Shown piece after piece: positions 9,502 to 18,081 of a stretch of DNA of 62,482 bases. The notes under the pieces were generated by a model. The model did no database searches. It was given only the letters and a program-made list of their open reading frames with translations, and was not told the origin of the DNA. Each line of letters begins with the position of its first letter. Positions within the stretch are counted from its first letter, which is position 1. The position numbers and the translations under genes were made by a program. Source of the stretch: an uncultured Dehalococcoidaceae bacterium (GTDB lineage: Bacteria > Chloroflexota > Dehalococcoidia > Dehalococcoidales > RBG-16-60-22); NCBI GenBank assembly GCA_964456395.1, contig CAYWAU010000001.1, positions 1 to 62,482 of the forward strand, in the 5' to 3' direction.

Positions 9502-10785
9502 TTACGCAAACAGCTCCATAATATGCATTGCCTTCTGAGGCATACCGTGCCGAATCAGGCCATCCATCAGTTGTATCTGGCACCCCGGGCAGTCGGTCAC
9601 GACGATATCCGCACCGGTTGATTTTATGTCGGCAATTTTCCTGTCAGCTATTTGCTTGGAAAGGTCGTAGAAATAGATGCTGAAGGTTCCGGCCATACCG
9701 CAGCACCGGTCGGCATTGGGCATTTCTATATACTCTATACCAGCTAATGATTTCAATATCTGCCTTGGCTGTTCTTCGACGCCCAGGTAGCGACCCAGGT
9801 GGCACGGCTCATGCCAGGTAACACGATTGCCCTTAAATTCGCTGGCAACCCGGTAAGCGGAAGGAGGCAGCTGTAGAATGTCCACCAGAAACTCGGTTAT
9901 ATCCTTTATCTTAACGGCAAAATCGGTGTACTCACGCTTTCTTTCATCGGTGTCAGCCAGAAACTTGCTGTAGTCTTTCATCGCCGAGGCGCAGGTAGCA
10001 CAGTCGGTGAAGATATAATCCAGGTCTTTGAATGCCCGAACATTGCTATCAGCCAGCCTGCGGCCGGTATCAAAATCACCGGCGCCGAGAAATACCGGTG
10101 CCCCACAGCATCCCTGTCCTCTCGGCACTACCACCTCTACCCCGTTTCTGGTAAGAAAGCTGATTATCTTTTTACCAAGCTCGGGAAAGACAAAATCGGT
10201 CATGCAGCCGGTGAAGTAGCCAGCAGTATATCTGGTCTTCGTGCCGTGAGGAGGACGATTTACCTCGGGAACCGACTGGCGCAGGAACTTCGGCGCAATT
10301 TGTGGAATATGCCTTCCCTTACCGAGAGCCGAAAGAAAGAAAGAAAGATGGCGGATGGTCCCCTCCGTTCTGGGCATAAAGATTCCCTGAAACCACGAGG
10401 CAAATCGCACCACATAGCCGAATAGTCGGCGTCTCGGCAGCAGCCAGCGGAAAATTAAATTATAGGGGAAGGACAGACCCTTCTGCTTTACCCTATCGGC
10501 CCTGGCGGCGGTAATAACCGAAGGTACGTTAGTATTTGACGGACAATTCTGGGCACAGGTCATGCACAATGTGCACTTGTTAAGCTTACTTGCCAGTTCG
10601 TCAGTAGGAGCCAGCTCACCGGATAATAAGGCCCTGATGAGCATGATTTTGCCGCGCGCTACCGATGACTCAACCCGCTCTTCCTGGTAAACCGGACAGT
10701 AAGACATGCAGAATCCGCATTTGGTACACCTATCCAGGTCACTTTTAAACCTGTTTATCTGTTCAAACCCGTTACTACTCTCCAT
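9502..10785 (-). CDS. Fe-S oxidoreductase, GlcF / heterodisulfide-reductase-D-like (2x 4Fe-4S plus CCG domains)
   Basis: CTKCGFCMSYCP and CTLCMTCAQNCP ferredoxin motifs, plus two Cys-rich CCG-type motifs (CCGAP, CCGMAG). The likely start at 10785 overlaps the upstream gene by 11 nt. Confidence 0.8.
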   Translation of the reverse strand: MESSNGFEQINRFKSDLDRCTKCGFCMSYCPVYQEERVESSVARGKIMLIRALLSGELAPTDELASKLNKCTLCMTCAQNCPSNTNVPSVITAARADRVKQKGLSFPYNLIFRWLLPRRRLFGYVVRFASWFQGIFMPRTEGTIRHLSFFLSALGKGRHIPQIAPKFLRQSVPEVNRPPHGTKTRYTAGYFTGCMTDFVFPELGKKIISFLTRNGVEVVVPRGQGCCGAPVFLGAGDFDTGRRLADSNVRAFKDLDYIFTDCATCASAMKDYSKFLADTDERKREYTDFAVKIKDITEFLVDILQLPPSAYRVASEFKGNRVTWHEPCHLGRYLGVEEQPRQILKSLAGIEYIEMPNADRCCGMAGTFSIYFYDLSKQIADRKIADIKSTGADIVVTDCPGCQIQLMDGLIRHGMPQKAMHIMELFA

Positions 10786-12172
10786 CAGGTGCTTCTTCCC
10801 AGATTTTACCGGGATTGATGATGTGCTTGGGGTCCAGCACACCCTTTATCTTCTTCATAACATTGATGGCCACCGGGTCCATAGCCTTTTTCAAAAAACG
10901 CTGTTTCTCCAGACCGATGCCATGCTCACCCGAAATCACGCCGCCCAGGGACAGAGCCGCCTCAATAATCTCATCCACACATCTCAGGGCACGATTAAAA
11001 TGCTCCTGGTCCCGGATGTCCGTAAGCACCCCGGGGTGGAAATTGCCGTCTCCAGCGTGACCGGCTAAACTGACGGATACATCGCAGCGCCGGGCGCTAT
11101 CCTGACACTTCCTTACGAACTCGGCTATCTTATCACGAGGCACGGTTACATCCTCACTGAGGACGGTATATGCGGCACTGTTAATATCGGAAAAATGGTC
11201 ACTCCTGGCCTGCCAGACCTTCTCAGCCTCCGCCTGGTCCTGAGCCACCCAGACTTCTCCCGCCCCACCTCTCCTGCAGATATCAACAATCTGCTCAGCC
11301 TCCGCCTCTACTGTTTCCGTAAGACCATCAACCTGTATTAGAAGAAGGAACTGGGTATCAGCAGGCAGACTCGAAGACAATATTTCCTCAAACCTTTTTA
11401 TCGTCCAGTTATCAATTAACTCTATCTTGGCTGGCAACACGCCGTGGGCGATGATACTGGATACGGCTTCGCCAGCTACGGCAACATCGTTAAAAACGGC
11501 GACCATGGTTTTGCTGTCCTTGGGCGCCGGCAGCAGCCGCAGTATTGTCCTGGTTATGATACCCAGAGTGCCCTCGGACCCGGTAAACAGCATCATCAGC
11601 TCATAACCCGTTCTGTTTTTGGGGGTAAGGCCGCCCACGTTCATTATGCTACCATCAGCCAGCACCACCTCCAGACCAAGTACATACTGTTTGGTGACTC
11701 CGTATTTCAGGCAGGAGGGACCCCCGGAATTTTCCGCCACCACGCCGCCCATAGTGCAGCCAAAGGAGCTCTGCGGGTCCGGAGGGAAAAACAGACCCTC
11801 TTCCGCAAGGGCAACATTAAAGTCCTGAAGAATAACACCGGGTTCTACAGCGGCATGCAGGTTAGCCCTGTTTATCTCTATAATCCGGCTCATCCTGGTG
11901 GTGCACAGGACGATGCCGCCCTTTATCGGTATGGAACCGCCGCTCACGTTGGTGCCACCGCCTCTGGGAGTGACCGGTATTTCATTATCGTTAGCTAATT
12001 TTAAAATCCCGGATACCTGCCCCGCGCTTGCCGGCAGCACCACTACGTCAGGCATATGCGACCATAGAGTGGTAGCATCATATGAGTAGGCGATTAGCTC
12101 CTCTTTAGAGGTCAGCACGCTGTCTTTACCCACAATCCGGCGCATCTGGTCAATATGCTTTGATTTAATCAT
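10775..12172 (-). CDS. FAD-linked oxidase, GlcD / D-lactate dehydrogenase-like
   Basis: 465 aa. FAD-binding PCMH-type N-terminal region (PRGGGTNVSGGSIP), C-terminal GGVISGEHGIGLEK, and INPGKI tail. Confidence 0.85.
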   Translation of the reverse strand: MIKSKHIDQMRRIVGKDSVLTSKEELIAYSYDATTLWSHMPDVVVLPASAGQVSGILKLANDNEIPVTPRGGGTNVSGGSIPIKGGIVLCTTRMSRIIEINRANLHAAVEPGVILQDFNVALAEEGLFFPPDPQSSFGCTMGGVVAENSGGPSCLKYGVTKQYVLGLEVVLADGSIMNVGGLTPKNRTGYELMMLFTGSEGTLGIITRTILRLLPAPKDSKTMVAVFNDVAVAGEAVSSIIAHGVLPAKIELIDNWTIKRFEEILSSSLPADTQFLLLIQVDGLTETVEAEAEQIVDICRRGGAGEVWVAQDQAEAEKVWQARSDHFSDINSAAYTVLSEDVTVPRDKIAEFVRKCQDSARRCDVSVSLAGHAGDGNFHPGVLTDIRDQEHFNRALRCVDEIIEAALSLGGVISGEHGIGLEKQRFLKKAMDPVAINVMKKIKGVLDPKHIINPGKIWEEAPDGE

Positions 12173-12340
12173 AAAGACTCCTTAAATGTGCACCGTCAGC
12201 ATTTATGGCACACAGTGCTAATGAAACTTACAAATAATTTCGGTTGCTCTCAGTAATACTTTACCGCTTTCAAAGGCTTCCGTTCAAGCTGCTCAGGTAT
12301 CCATAAATTTCTGCCCCAAAAGTGGTGCCGGTGGTCTGAC

Positions 12341-12369
12341 TTGACAACAGGATTGCCAGTTTATAATAA
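12341..12369 (+). promoter_or_regulatory. candidate sigma70-type promoter for the Zn-ADH gene
   Basis: TTGACA at 12341, followed by TATAAT/TAATAA at about 12362-12369. Located ~50 nt upstream of the 12420 start. Confidence 0.35.
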
Positions 12370-12419
12370 TGACACCGTGTCCACCTGTAGCCAAGAATAA
12401 TTAATCACGAAGGTAAAAT

Positions 12420-13451
12420 ATGAAAGCATTGAGATGGTATGGCAGAAAAGACCTCCGCTATGAGGATGTGCCTGAACCTTCACCCGGTTCAGGGCAGTTA
12501 AAAATAAGGGTTAACCTGGCAGGCATCTGCGGTTCAGATTTGAAGGCATACGCCGACAAACTCAGTATGATTACCGCCGACAAAGTGCCGCTGACCATAG
12601 GGCATGAGTTTTCCGGGAGAGTGGCGGTGGTCGGTGAAGGGGTAGCTGACTTTAAAGTCGGAGACCGGGTCAGCGGAGTAGGCTACTGGTTCTGCGGCGA
12701 ATGTTTTTATTGTAAAAGAGGTTTATACAATCTTTGCTTGAAATCGGACTTTATGGGCATCAGCAAGGATGGCTGTATGGCTGAATATCTGATTGCCCCG
12801 AGTTATGCTTGCTACAAGCTCCCCGACTCGGTGTCTGACGAAGCCGGGGCTCTGGTAGAGCCTCTGGCAGTAGCCATTCACGCTCTTCGCCAGGGCAAGG
12901 TAAGCCCCGGGGATACAGTGGCTATTGTGGGCGATGGTGCCATTGGCCTTGGCACTCTGCTGGCAGCCAGGGTGTCCGGGGCATCTGAAATTTTTATGGT
13001 AGCCAAGCATAAGGGGAGAGGAAAAATCGCCTCGGCTATGGGAGCTACCGCGGTTATTTATCTCAGCGACGGAGACCCAGTCCAGCTGCTCCAGAATCTG
13101 ACCGGCGGCTTGGGCGCGGACGTAACTATTGAATGTGTCGGCCAGCCGGATACCCCCCGGTTAGCCGTGGAACTGGCGCGAAGAGGGGGCACCGCCGTAA
13201 TCGTGGGTGTCTTTGAAAAACCAAGCACCTTTGACTTCAGCAGCATGACGTTCAGCGAGAGAACCGCTGTGGGCAGCTCTATTTATGTGGACGAGGGCAG
13301 GACGGCTATCGCTCTTCTAGCTGACGGCAGAATTGACCCCGCCTCTTTAATTACGTCAAAAGTACCGCTTAAAGACGCGGTAAAAATGGGGTTTGAGGAA
13401 CTGATTAACAATAAGGAGAAAAATATTAAAATCCTGCTTCAAATTCCCTGA
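12420..13451 (+). CDS. zinc-dependent alcohol/polyol dehydrogenase (MDR family, butanediol/sorbitol-DH-like)
   Basis: GICGSDL and GHEFSG catalytic Zn ligands. Structural Zn loop CGECFYCKRGLYNLC. Rossmann segment VAIVGDGAIG. Confidence 0.85.
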   Translation: MKALRWYGRKDLRYEDVPEPSPGSGQLKIRVNLAGICGSDLKAYADKLSMITADKVPLTIGHEFSGRVAVVGEGVADFKVGDRVSGVGYWFCGECFYCKRGLYNLCLKSDFMGISKDGCMAEYLIAPSYACYKLPDSVSDEAGALVEPLAVAIHALRQGKVSPGDTVAIVGDGAIGLGTLLAARVSGASEIFMVAKHKGRGKIASAMGATAVIYLSDGDPVQLLQNLTGGLGADVTIECVGQPDTPRLAVELARRGGTAVIVGVFEKPSTFDFSSMTFSERTAVGSSIYVDEGRTAIALLADGRIDPASLITSKVPLKDAVKMGFEELINNKEKNIKILLQIP

Positions 13452-13530
13452 GGATGGTTCCGCTGTAGCATACATTGCGGCAGCCAGAAAATTATGTGAA
13501 CCGCCGACTCTGGAGTTTTCACCGAAAATT

Positions 13531-13554
13531 AATGTATAATGAAATGTATAATGA
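13531..13554 (+). repeat. perfect 12-nt tandem duplication AATGTATAATGA x2 (two TATAAT boxes) upstream of Fe-ADH 1
   Basis: Read directly: aatgtataatga at 13531-13542 and again at 13543-13554. A third TATAAT lies at 13579-13584. Confidence 0.6.
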
Positions 13555-13594
13555 GAAGAGACTGTTTACCTGACAACATATAATTCCGCTTCCC

Positions 13595-13615
13595 GGGCAA
13601 CCGGCAAGGTTGCCC
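13595..13615 (+). promoter_or_regulatory. 8-bp stem hairpin in the 5' leader of Fe-ADH 1
   Basis: GGGCAACC-ggcaa-GGTTGCCC, located 40 nt upstream of the 13656 start. Confidence 0.3.
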
Positions 13616-13655
13616 GTAAAATACAACATTTATCTATCATAGAAGGAGAAAAGCC

Positions 13656-14867
13656 ATGATAAATAAAGAGATGTTTGAGTTTCCCATAACCTATACCAAT
13701 GTTATCCCCAGGATAGCCCTGGGATGGGGAGCCCATGAGACGGTTGCCGATGAATGCAAAGCCGCCAAAATTAAAAAGGCGTTGATTGTGACCTCAGGTT
13801 TGAAAGGAACCGGCATCGTCGACGAAATCAAAGGAATTCTGGAGCACAATGGCGTGCCGACAGAAATCTACGACAAGATCACTTCCAACCCTAAAGACTA
13901 TCAGGTGATGGAAGCTTATAAGGTCTTGAAGGACGGTGAATGCGACGGGGTGGTTTCGGTTGGCGGCGGCAGTTCCCACGATTGCGGCAAAGGCGTTCGT
14001 GTGGTGGCGGCCAACGGCGGAAAGGACATCCTGAACTTCTCCGCGTTTATAGACCCGCCCTGGATGGAAGAGGTTAAAAAATATAATCCGTGTACTATAC
14101 CGCAAATCACGGTTAATACCACATCCGGCACAGGGGCAGAGGTTTCGTCCATGGCAACCATTACGAGTGTGAAGGGCAGGGCAAAGCTATTGATTATTGC
14201 GCCAAATATTGTTGCCGACGTAGCCATTATCGACCCGCTATTAATACGGTTACAGCCTAAAAATATTGCTGCCTGGACAGGCTTCGATGCCATGACACAT
14301 GGATTCGAGGCATTTGTAACCAAGGTACAGGGCCCCTACGCCTATGGAATGCTGCTACGGGCGATTCAGCTCATTACAGAAAATCTCAGAGACTTTACTT
14401 ACAACCGGATGAACAATATCGCCTGTGAAAGAATGTGCTGGGCGGCGACAATGGGTGGCATCGCCATCGGCTTCGGCGCCGGTGCCGGCATTGTTCACGG
14501 ATTAGGACATCAACTCGGGGCATTAACTGACTGCCACCATGGTCTGGCCAATGGTGTTCTCACAATTGCGGGAGAGAGATATAATCAACCTGCCTGTGTT
14601 GAGAAACTCGCCGTCATGACCAAAGCGATGGGAGTTGATACCAGCAATATGACTGAATCGCAGGCCGCCGAAAGGTGGTTTGATGAAATGGAAAACCTGC
14701 TGAAGGACTTGGAAATCACCCCCGGCCAGTTGAACAAGCAGTTCGGGCTTCAGGAAAAGGACTTGGAACATATTGTCAAAATATACTCCAATGACTTCTG
14801 CAGCCAGGGAAATCCGCGAGAATTCAACGCCGAGGAAGCTCTCAACGTACTAAAGAGTATACTCTAA
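13656..14867 (+). CDS. iron-containing (type III) alcohol dehydrogenase, Mno/Mdo (nicotinoprotein methanol dehydrogenase)-like
   Basis: 403 aa. SNPKDYQVMEA, GGGSSHDCGKG, TTSGTGAE, HGLGHQLG, HHGLANG, and a GNPRE tail. The overall pattern resembles actinobacterial NDMA-dependent methanol dehydrogenases. Confidence 0.8.
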   Translation: MINKEMFEFPITYTNVIPRIALGWGAHETVADECKAAKIKKALIVTSGLKGTGIVDEIKGILEHNGVPTEIYDKITSNPKDYQVMEAYKVLKDGECDGVVSVGGGSSHDCGKGVRVVAANGGKDILNFSAFIDPPWMEEVKKYNPCTIPQITVNTTSGTGAEVSSMATITSVKGRAKLLIIAPNIVADVAIIDPLLIRLQPKNIAAWTGFDAMTHGFEAFVTKVQGPYAYGMLLRAIQLITENLRDFTYNRMNNIACERMCWAATMGGIAIGFGAGAGIVHGLGHQLGALTDCHHGLANGVLTIAGERYNQPACVEKLAVMTKAMGVDTSNMTESQAAERWFDEMENLLKDLEITPGQLNKQFGLQEKDLEHIVKIYSNDFCSQGNPREFNAEEALNVLKSIL

Positions 14868-15098
14868 AGGCTTGAGGAAGCTGAAAAGCTAAACAGAGAT
14901 AAGGGCAGACCCACCTGTAATGTGAGTGGCGATAACTTCTGCGTTACACTCCTACGAGGCTTACCTACCCGTGATATGAATCACAGTGCACACAAAGTCG
15001 GCTGTCACGGCAATAGAGACAGAGCTTAACGGAGGCAACGCCGGGGTCTGGCTTCAATTTGCTTTATAATAGCTCCACTGCTAGAATGCACAGGGGGT

Positions 15099-15206
15099 GG
15101 GGAAAGCCGGTTCCCTTCATGAAACGCGATACGGGAAAACCTATGCCAAGAATCATAGCAGAAGGAGGCGTATCCAGATAAATTAAAAGGGGAAAGGCCA
15201 GTTCCC
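15099..15206 (+). repeat. two copies of a GGGGAAAG-N-TTCCC hairpin motif 90 nt apart in the ADH1-ADH2 spacer
   Basis: ggggaaagccggttccc at 15099-15115 and ggggaaaggccagttccc at 15189-15206. Each can fold as a GGGAA/TTCCC stem. Confidence 0.35.
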
Positions 15207-15266
15207 GATTAAGCAGCTATGTGGACAATAAAAATCACAATATGTAGATGAAAAGGAGGAAAGCCA

Positions 15267-16487
15267 TTGATAAACGAAAATATACATCAATTTCCTATCA
15301 TTTACGCAGGTAACTGGGGCCTGGGCAGGATTGCCACCGGATGGGGTGCCCATAAGACCGTCGCCGACGAATGCAAGCAGCTCGGTATGAAGAAGGCGCT
15401 TATTGTGACCACCGGCCTGAAAGGAACCGGTATCGTCGATGAAATCAACCAGATTATATCAACCCAGGGTGTGGCGACAGAAATCTTTAGCGGGGTAACC
15501 TCCAACCCCAAAGACCATGAAGTTATGGCAGGCTATAAGGTCTTCAAGGAAGCTCAGTGCGACGGTGTGGTTTCGGTCGGCGGTGGCAGCTCACACGATT
15601 GCGGTAAAGCAATTCGCGCTGTTGCTTCCAACGACGGAACAGATGTTTCAAACTTCCAGCTGGGGATAGACCTGCCCTGGACGGAACAGATGAAAAAATA
15701 TAAAGCATGTACCATACCGCAGGTTTCGGTAAATACCACGTCCGGTACTGGTGCCGAGAACACGGGTGGTGCCGCTATCAACCAGTCCAATATCAGGGCC
15801 AAGCGAATAGCTATAGTACCGGGGACCGCACCCAGTATAGCAATTAATGACCCCCTGCTAATCCGGTGCCAGCCGGCACACATCGCCGCCCAGACCGGAT
15901 TTGACGGTTTCTGCCATGCCTTCGAGTCATATATAGCTCGCGTGCAACCGAAGCACAGTACCGTCCTAGCCGCCGGCGCCATCAAACTGATAGCCGAAAA
16001 TCTCAGGGAGTTTGCTTTCAACCGGATGAACCATGTAGCCTGTGAAAATGTCATCTGGGCATCGTCAATGTCGGGAGCCATAGGCCTCAGTCTTGGCGGA
16101 GGTGTCGGCGTGATACACGGTTTTGGACATGGACTCTCGGCACTGTATGGCGTTCACCATGGCCTTGCCAGCGCCGTCGTTACCATCCCGGGAGAGAGAT
16201 ATAATCAATCCGAGTGCCCTGATAAATTCGCCGAAATGGCCCAGGCTATGGGTGTTGATACCAGAAATATGACCAAGATGCAGGCCTCCGATGCGTGGTT
16301 CACCGAAGTTGAAAGACTGCTTGACGATTTGAATATCCAGACCGGGAACCTGAAGCGGTTCGGTCTCAAGAAAGAGGATATCCCGCATATTGTCAGGGTA
16401 CAGCATTCGCTCGATTTGACCGTAGTGGGCAACCCCAAGGACTACAATTATGACGAGTTAGTTGCCCTGTTTGAGACTCAGCTCTAA
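15267..16487 (+). CDS. iron-containing (type III) alcohol dehydrogenase, Mno/Mdo-like paralog
   Basis: 406 aa with TTG start after AAAGGAGGAAAGCC, the same RBS context as ADH1. Same motif set: SNPKDHEVMAG, GGGSSHDCGKA, TTSGTGAE, HGFGHGLS, HHGLASA, GNPKD. Confidence 0.8.
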   Translation: MINENIHQFPIIYAGNWGLGRIATGWGAHKTVADECKQLGMKKALIVTTGLKGTGIVDEINQIISTQGVATEIFSGVTSNPKDHEVMAGYKVFKEAQCDGVVSVGGGSSHDCGKAIRAVASNDGTDVSNFQLGIDLPWTEQMKKYKACTIPQVSVNTTSGTGAENTGGAAINQSNIRAKRIAIVPGTAPSIAINDPLLIRCQPAHIAAQTGFDGFCHAFESYIARVQPKHSTVLAAGAIKLIAENLREFAFNRMNHVACENVIWASSMSGAIGLSLGGGVGVIHGFGHGLSALYGVHHGLASAVVTIPGERYNQSECPDKFAEMAQAMGVDTRNMTKMQASDAWFTEVERLLDDLNIQTGNLKRFGLKKEDIPHIVRVQHSLDLTVVGNPKDYNYDELVALFETQL

Positions 16488-16633
16488 AGACCCCAAGAAC
16501 GGCGGTTGGGAAAATGCAGTGAGATAACTGCATTGATAGCCAGCGGGTGGCAGGGAGTCCCCTGGTAATTGTACAATAATAATAGGACTTGGTACCTACA
16601 GGATAAATCATAGCGGACGGAAGGCAGGTTAAG

Positions 16634-16765
16634 ATGGGAAAAGAACAGAAATCAGCGGTAGCAACGGCGAAAAATGAGGTCAAAACCACCCAGGAAGAAC
16701 CCGAGGTTTTAGAGGAAATCGTCGTTGAAGAGCTGAGCATAGACGGCGTTTGCGGGGTATACTAA
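16634..16765 (+). CDS. mftA: mycofactocin-type precursor peptide MftA (43 aa, absent from the ORF track)
   Basis: ATG at 16634, TAA at 16763-16765. Translates to MGKEQKSAVATAKNEVKTTQEEPEVLEEIVVEELSIDGVCGVY. The C-terminal IDGxCGVY signature sits directly upstream of MftB/MftC-like genes. Confidence 0.85.
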   Translation: MGKEQKSAVATAKNEVKTTQEEPEVLEEIVVEELSIDGVCGVY

Positions 16766-16767
16766 AT

Positions 16768-17034
16768 ATGGCGTGCCGCCTGGCAAATAATATTCAGGTA
16801 AGAAAGGAAAGCTGGGGTCTGCTGTTCTATTTGCAGGACCCGCACCGGGTCTGCTTTGTCAGAAGTGGCGACTGGCTTTATCCCCGGTATTTCGACGGAA
16901 CCTGGACATTTGACAGTCTGGCCGGCGACATCGCCCGGCGTACCGGAACCCCCGCTGAGATTATTGAGCGTTCTGTCCAAAAGCTATCCAAGCACTTGAT
17001 GGATAATGGGATAATTATCAATGAACCATGCTGA
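16768..17034 (+). CDS. mftB: PqqD-like peptide chaperone (RRE), MftB
   Basis: 88 aa from ATG 16768; the track start at 16750 is a TTG inside mftA. VRKESWGLLFY...PRYF... is a PqqD/MftB-like pattern. Overlaps mftC by 14 nt. Confidence 0.75.
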   Translation: MACRLANNIQVRKESWGLLFYLQDPHRVCFVRSGDWLYPRYFDGTWTFDSLAGDIARRTGTPAEIIERSVQKLSKHLMDNGIIINEPC

Positions 17035-18046
17035 CTGGCCGTTATCCGCCCCGGTAACTATAACCTGGGAAATTACACACCAATGTAACCTCAGTTGTAT
17101 CCATTGTCTTTCCAGCAGCAATGTAGAAACGCCCGGTGAACTGGACCTGGAAGAGTGCCTGTCAATTGTTGACCAGCTGGCGGCTCTTAAAGTATTTGAA
17201 ATCAACTTTGGCGGGGGGGAGCCATTACTCAAGAGCTATCTCATCCCTCTGTTGCGTTACATTCACCAAAAGGGGATGGTGACCTGCATCAGTACCAATG
17301 GTACCGTGTTCAATGATGAGGCGGTGGCTTACTTTACGGGCAATCCCCTGGTGAATATCCAGGTAAGTCTGGATGGCGCCACCCCCGAGGTCAACGACAG
17401 GATACGCGGTCAAGGAACATTCCCCCGGATTATCAAGGGGATTGAGCTTCTGGCCGGGAGGGATATACCCCTCTCTATCAATACCGTTGTTACCTCCCTT
17501 AACTTTAAGCAGCTGGGACAGCTCAAAGAGATGGCCGGTTCCTTCGGCGCCCGGCTCCGCGTGTCGCGGTTTCGCCCGTCGGGTCGTGCCAGGGATAACT
17601 GGGAACTGTTGAGGCTGGGTCCATCGCAATTGCAGGAATTATCCGACTGGTTGAGCGATGACCAGAGTATTTTGACCGGCGACTCTTTCTTCTCTATATC
17701 AGGTGATGGCAGACGACAGCTCGGCCTGGACATGTGCGGAGCCTGCAAGATGACCTGTTGTATCGACCCCTGTGGCCTGGTTTTCCCCTGCGCCTTCATG
17801 CAGGAAAGGGATTTCTGTGCCGGCAGCTTAAAGGTGTCTTCCTTCCAGGAAATCTGGGATTCATCGGACGTCTGCCAGTATTTCCGGCAACTGGAACCGG
17901 AAGCCTGCCGGAAATGCCCTCGCTTCAATACATGCCGCGGCGGCTGTCCCGCCGTGGCTTACTTCGTCAGTAAAGACCTCAACAGCCCTGACCCTGAATG
18001 CTTGATTAATTGGAGCCGGGATATATCACCTCTATCACCAGCTTAA
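17021..18046 (+). CDS. mftC: radical SAM/SPASM peptide maturase, MftC
   Basis: CNLSCIHC (CxxxCxxC) radical SAM cluster and GGGEPLL. C-terminal SPASM Cys array (CGACKMTCCIDPCGLVFPC...CRKC...CRGGCPA). Confidence 0.85.
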   Translation: MNHADWPLSAPVTITWEITHQCNLSCIHCLSSSNVETPGELDLEECLSIVDQLAALKVFEINFGGGEPLLKSYLIPLLRYIHQKGMVTCISTNGTVFNDEAVAYFTGNPLVNIQVSLDGATPEVNDRIRGQGTFPRIIKGIELLAGRDIPLSINTVVTSLNFKQLGQLKEMAGSFGARLRVSRFRPSGRARDNWELLRLGPSQLQELSDWLSDDQSILTGDSFFSISGDGRRQLGLDMCGACKMTCCIDPCGLVFPCAFMQERDFCAGSLKVSSFQEIWDSSDVCQYFRQLEPEACRKCPRFNTCRGGCPAVAYFVSKDLNSPDPECLINWSRDISPLSPA

Positions 18047-18081
18047 GGTGAGTAATATTATATCTGACAGGGGACAGAGAT

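Noticed and set aside
9297-9509. 70-aa minus-strand ORF filling the gap between the GlcF-like gene and the 8372-9322 gene
   Set aside because: It overlaps both neighbours, has atypical composition (F/T/H-rich) and no RBS. The region more likely holds the promoter of the downstream gene (TATACTATATT). Kept as non-coding.
13533-13574. 13-codon ORF MYNEMYNEKRLFT created by the 12-nt tandem duplication
   Set aside because: It is an artefact of the repeated ATGTATAATGA unit with no RBS. It is more plausibly promoter sequence.
15119-15181. Small ORF ATGAAACGCGATACGGGAAAACCTATGCCAAGAATCATAGCAGAAGGAGGCGTATCCAGATAA (20 codons) between the twin hairpins
   Set aside because: It has no RBS at proper spacing and no MftA-like or other RiPP-like terminus. 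It cannot be distinguished from chance. Mentioned only as a possible leader peptide.
16393-16740. 115-aa minus-strand ORF spanning the ADH2 3' end and the mftA region
   Set aside because: It overlaps the ADH2 coding end, and is antisense to the much better supported mftA ORF with its IDGVCGVY terminus and mftB/mftC synteny. There is no RBS or motif support.
16750-16767. Track start (TTG at 16750) for the MftB-like ORF
   Set aside because: That start lies inside mftA, upstream of the mftA stop at 16763-65. The ATG at 16768 gives an 88-aa PqqD-sized product just after the mftA stop, so the shorter model was preferred.
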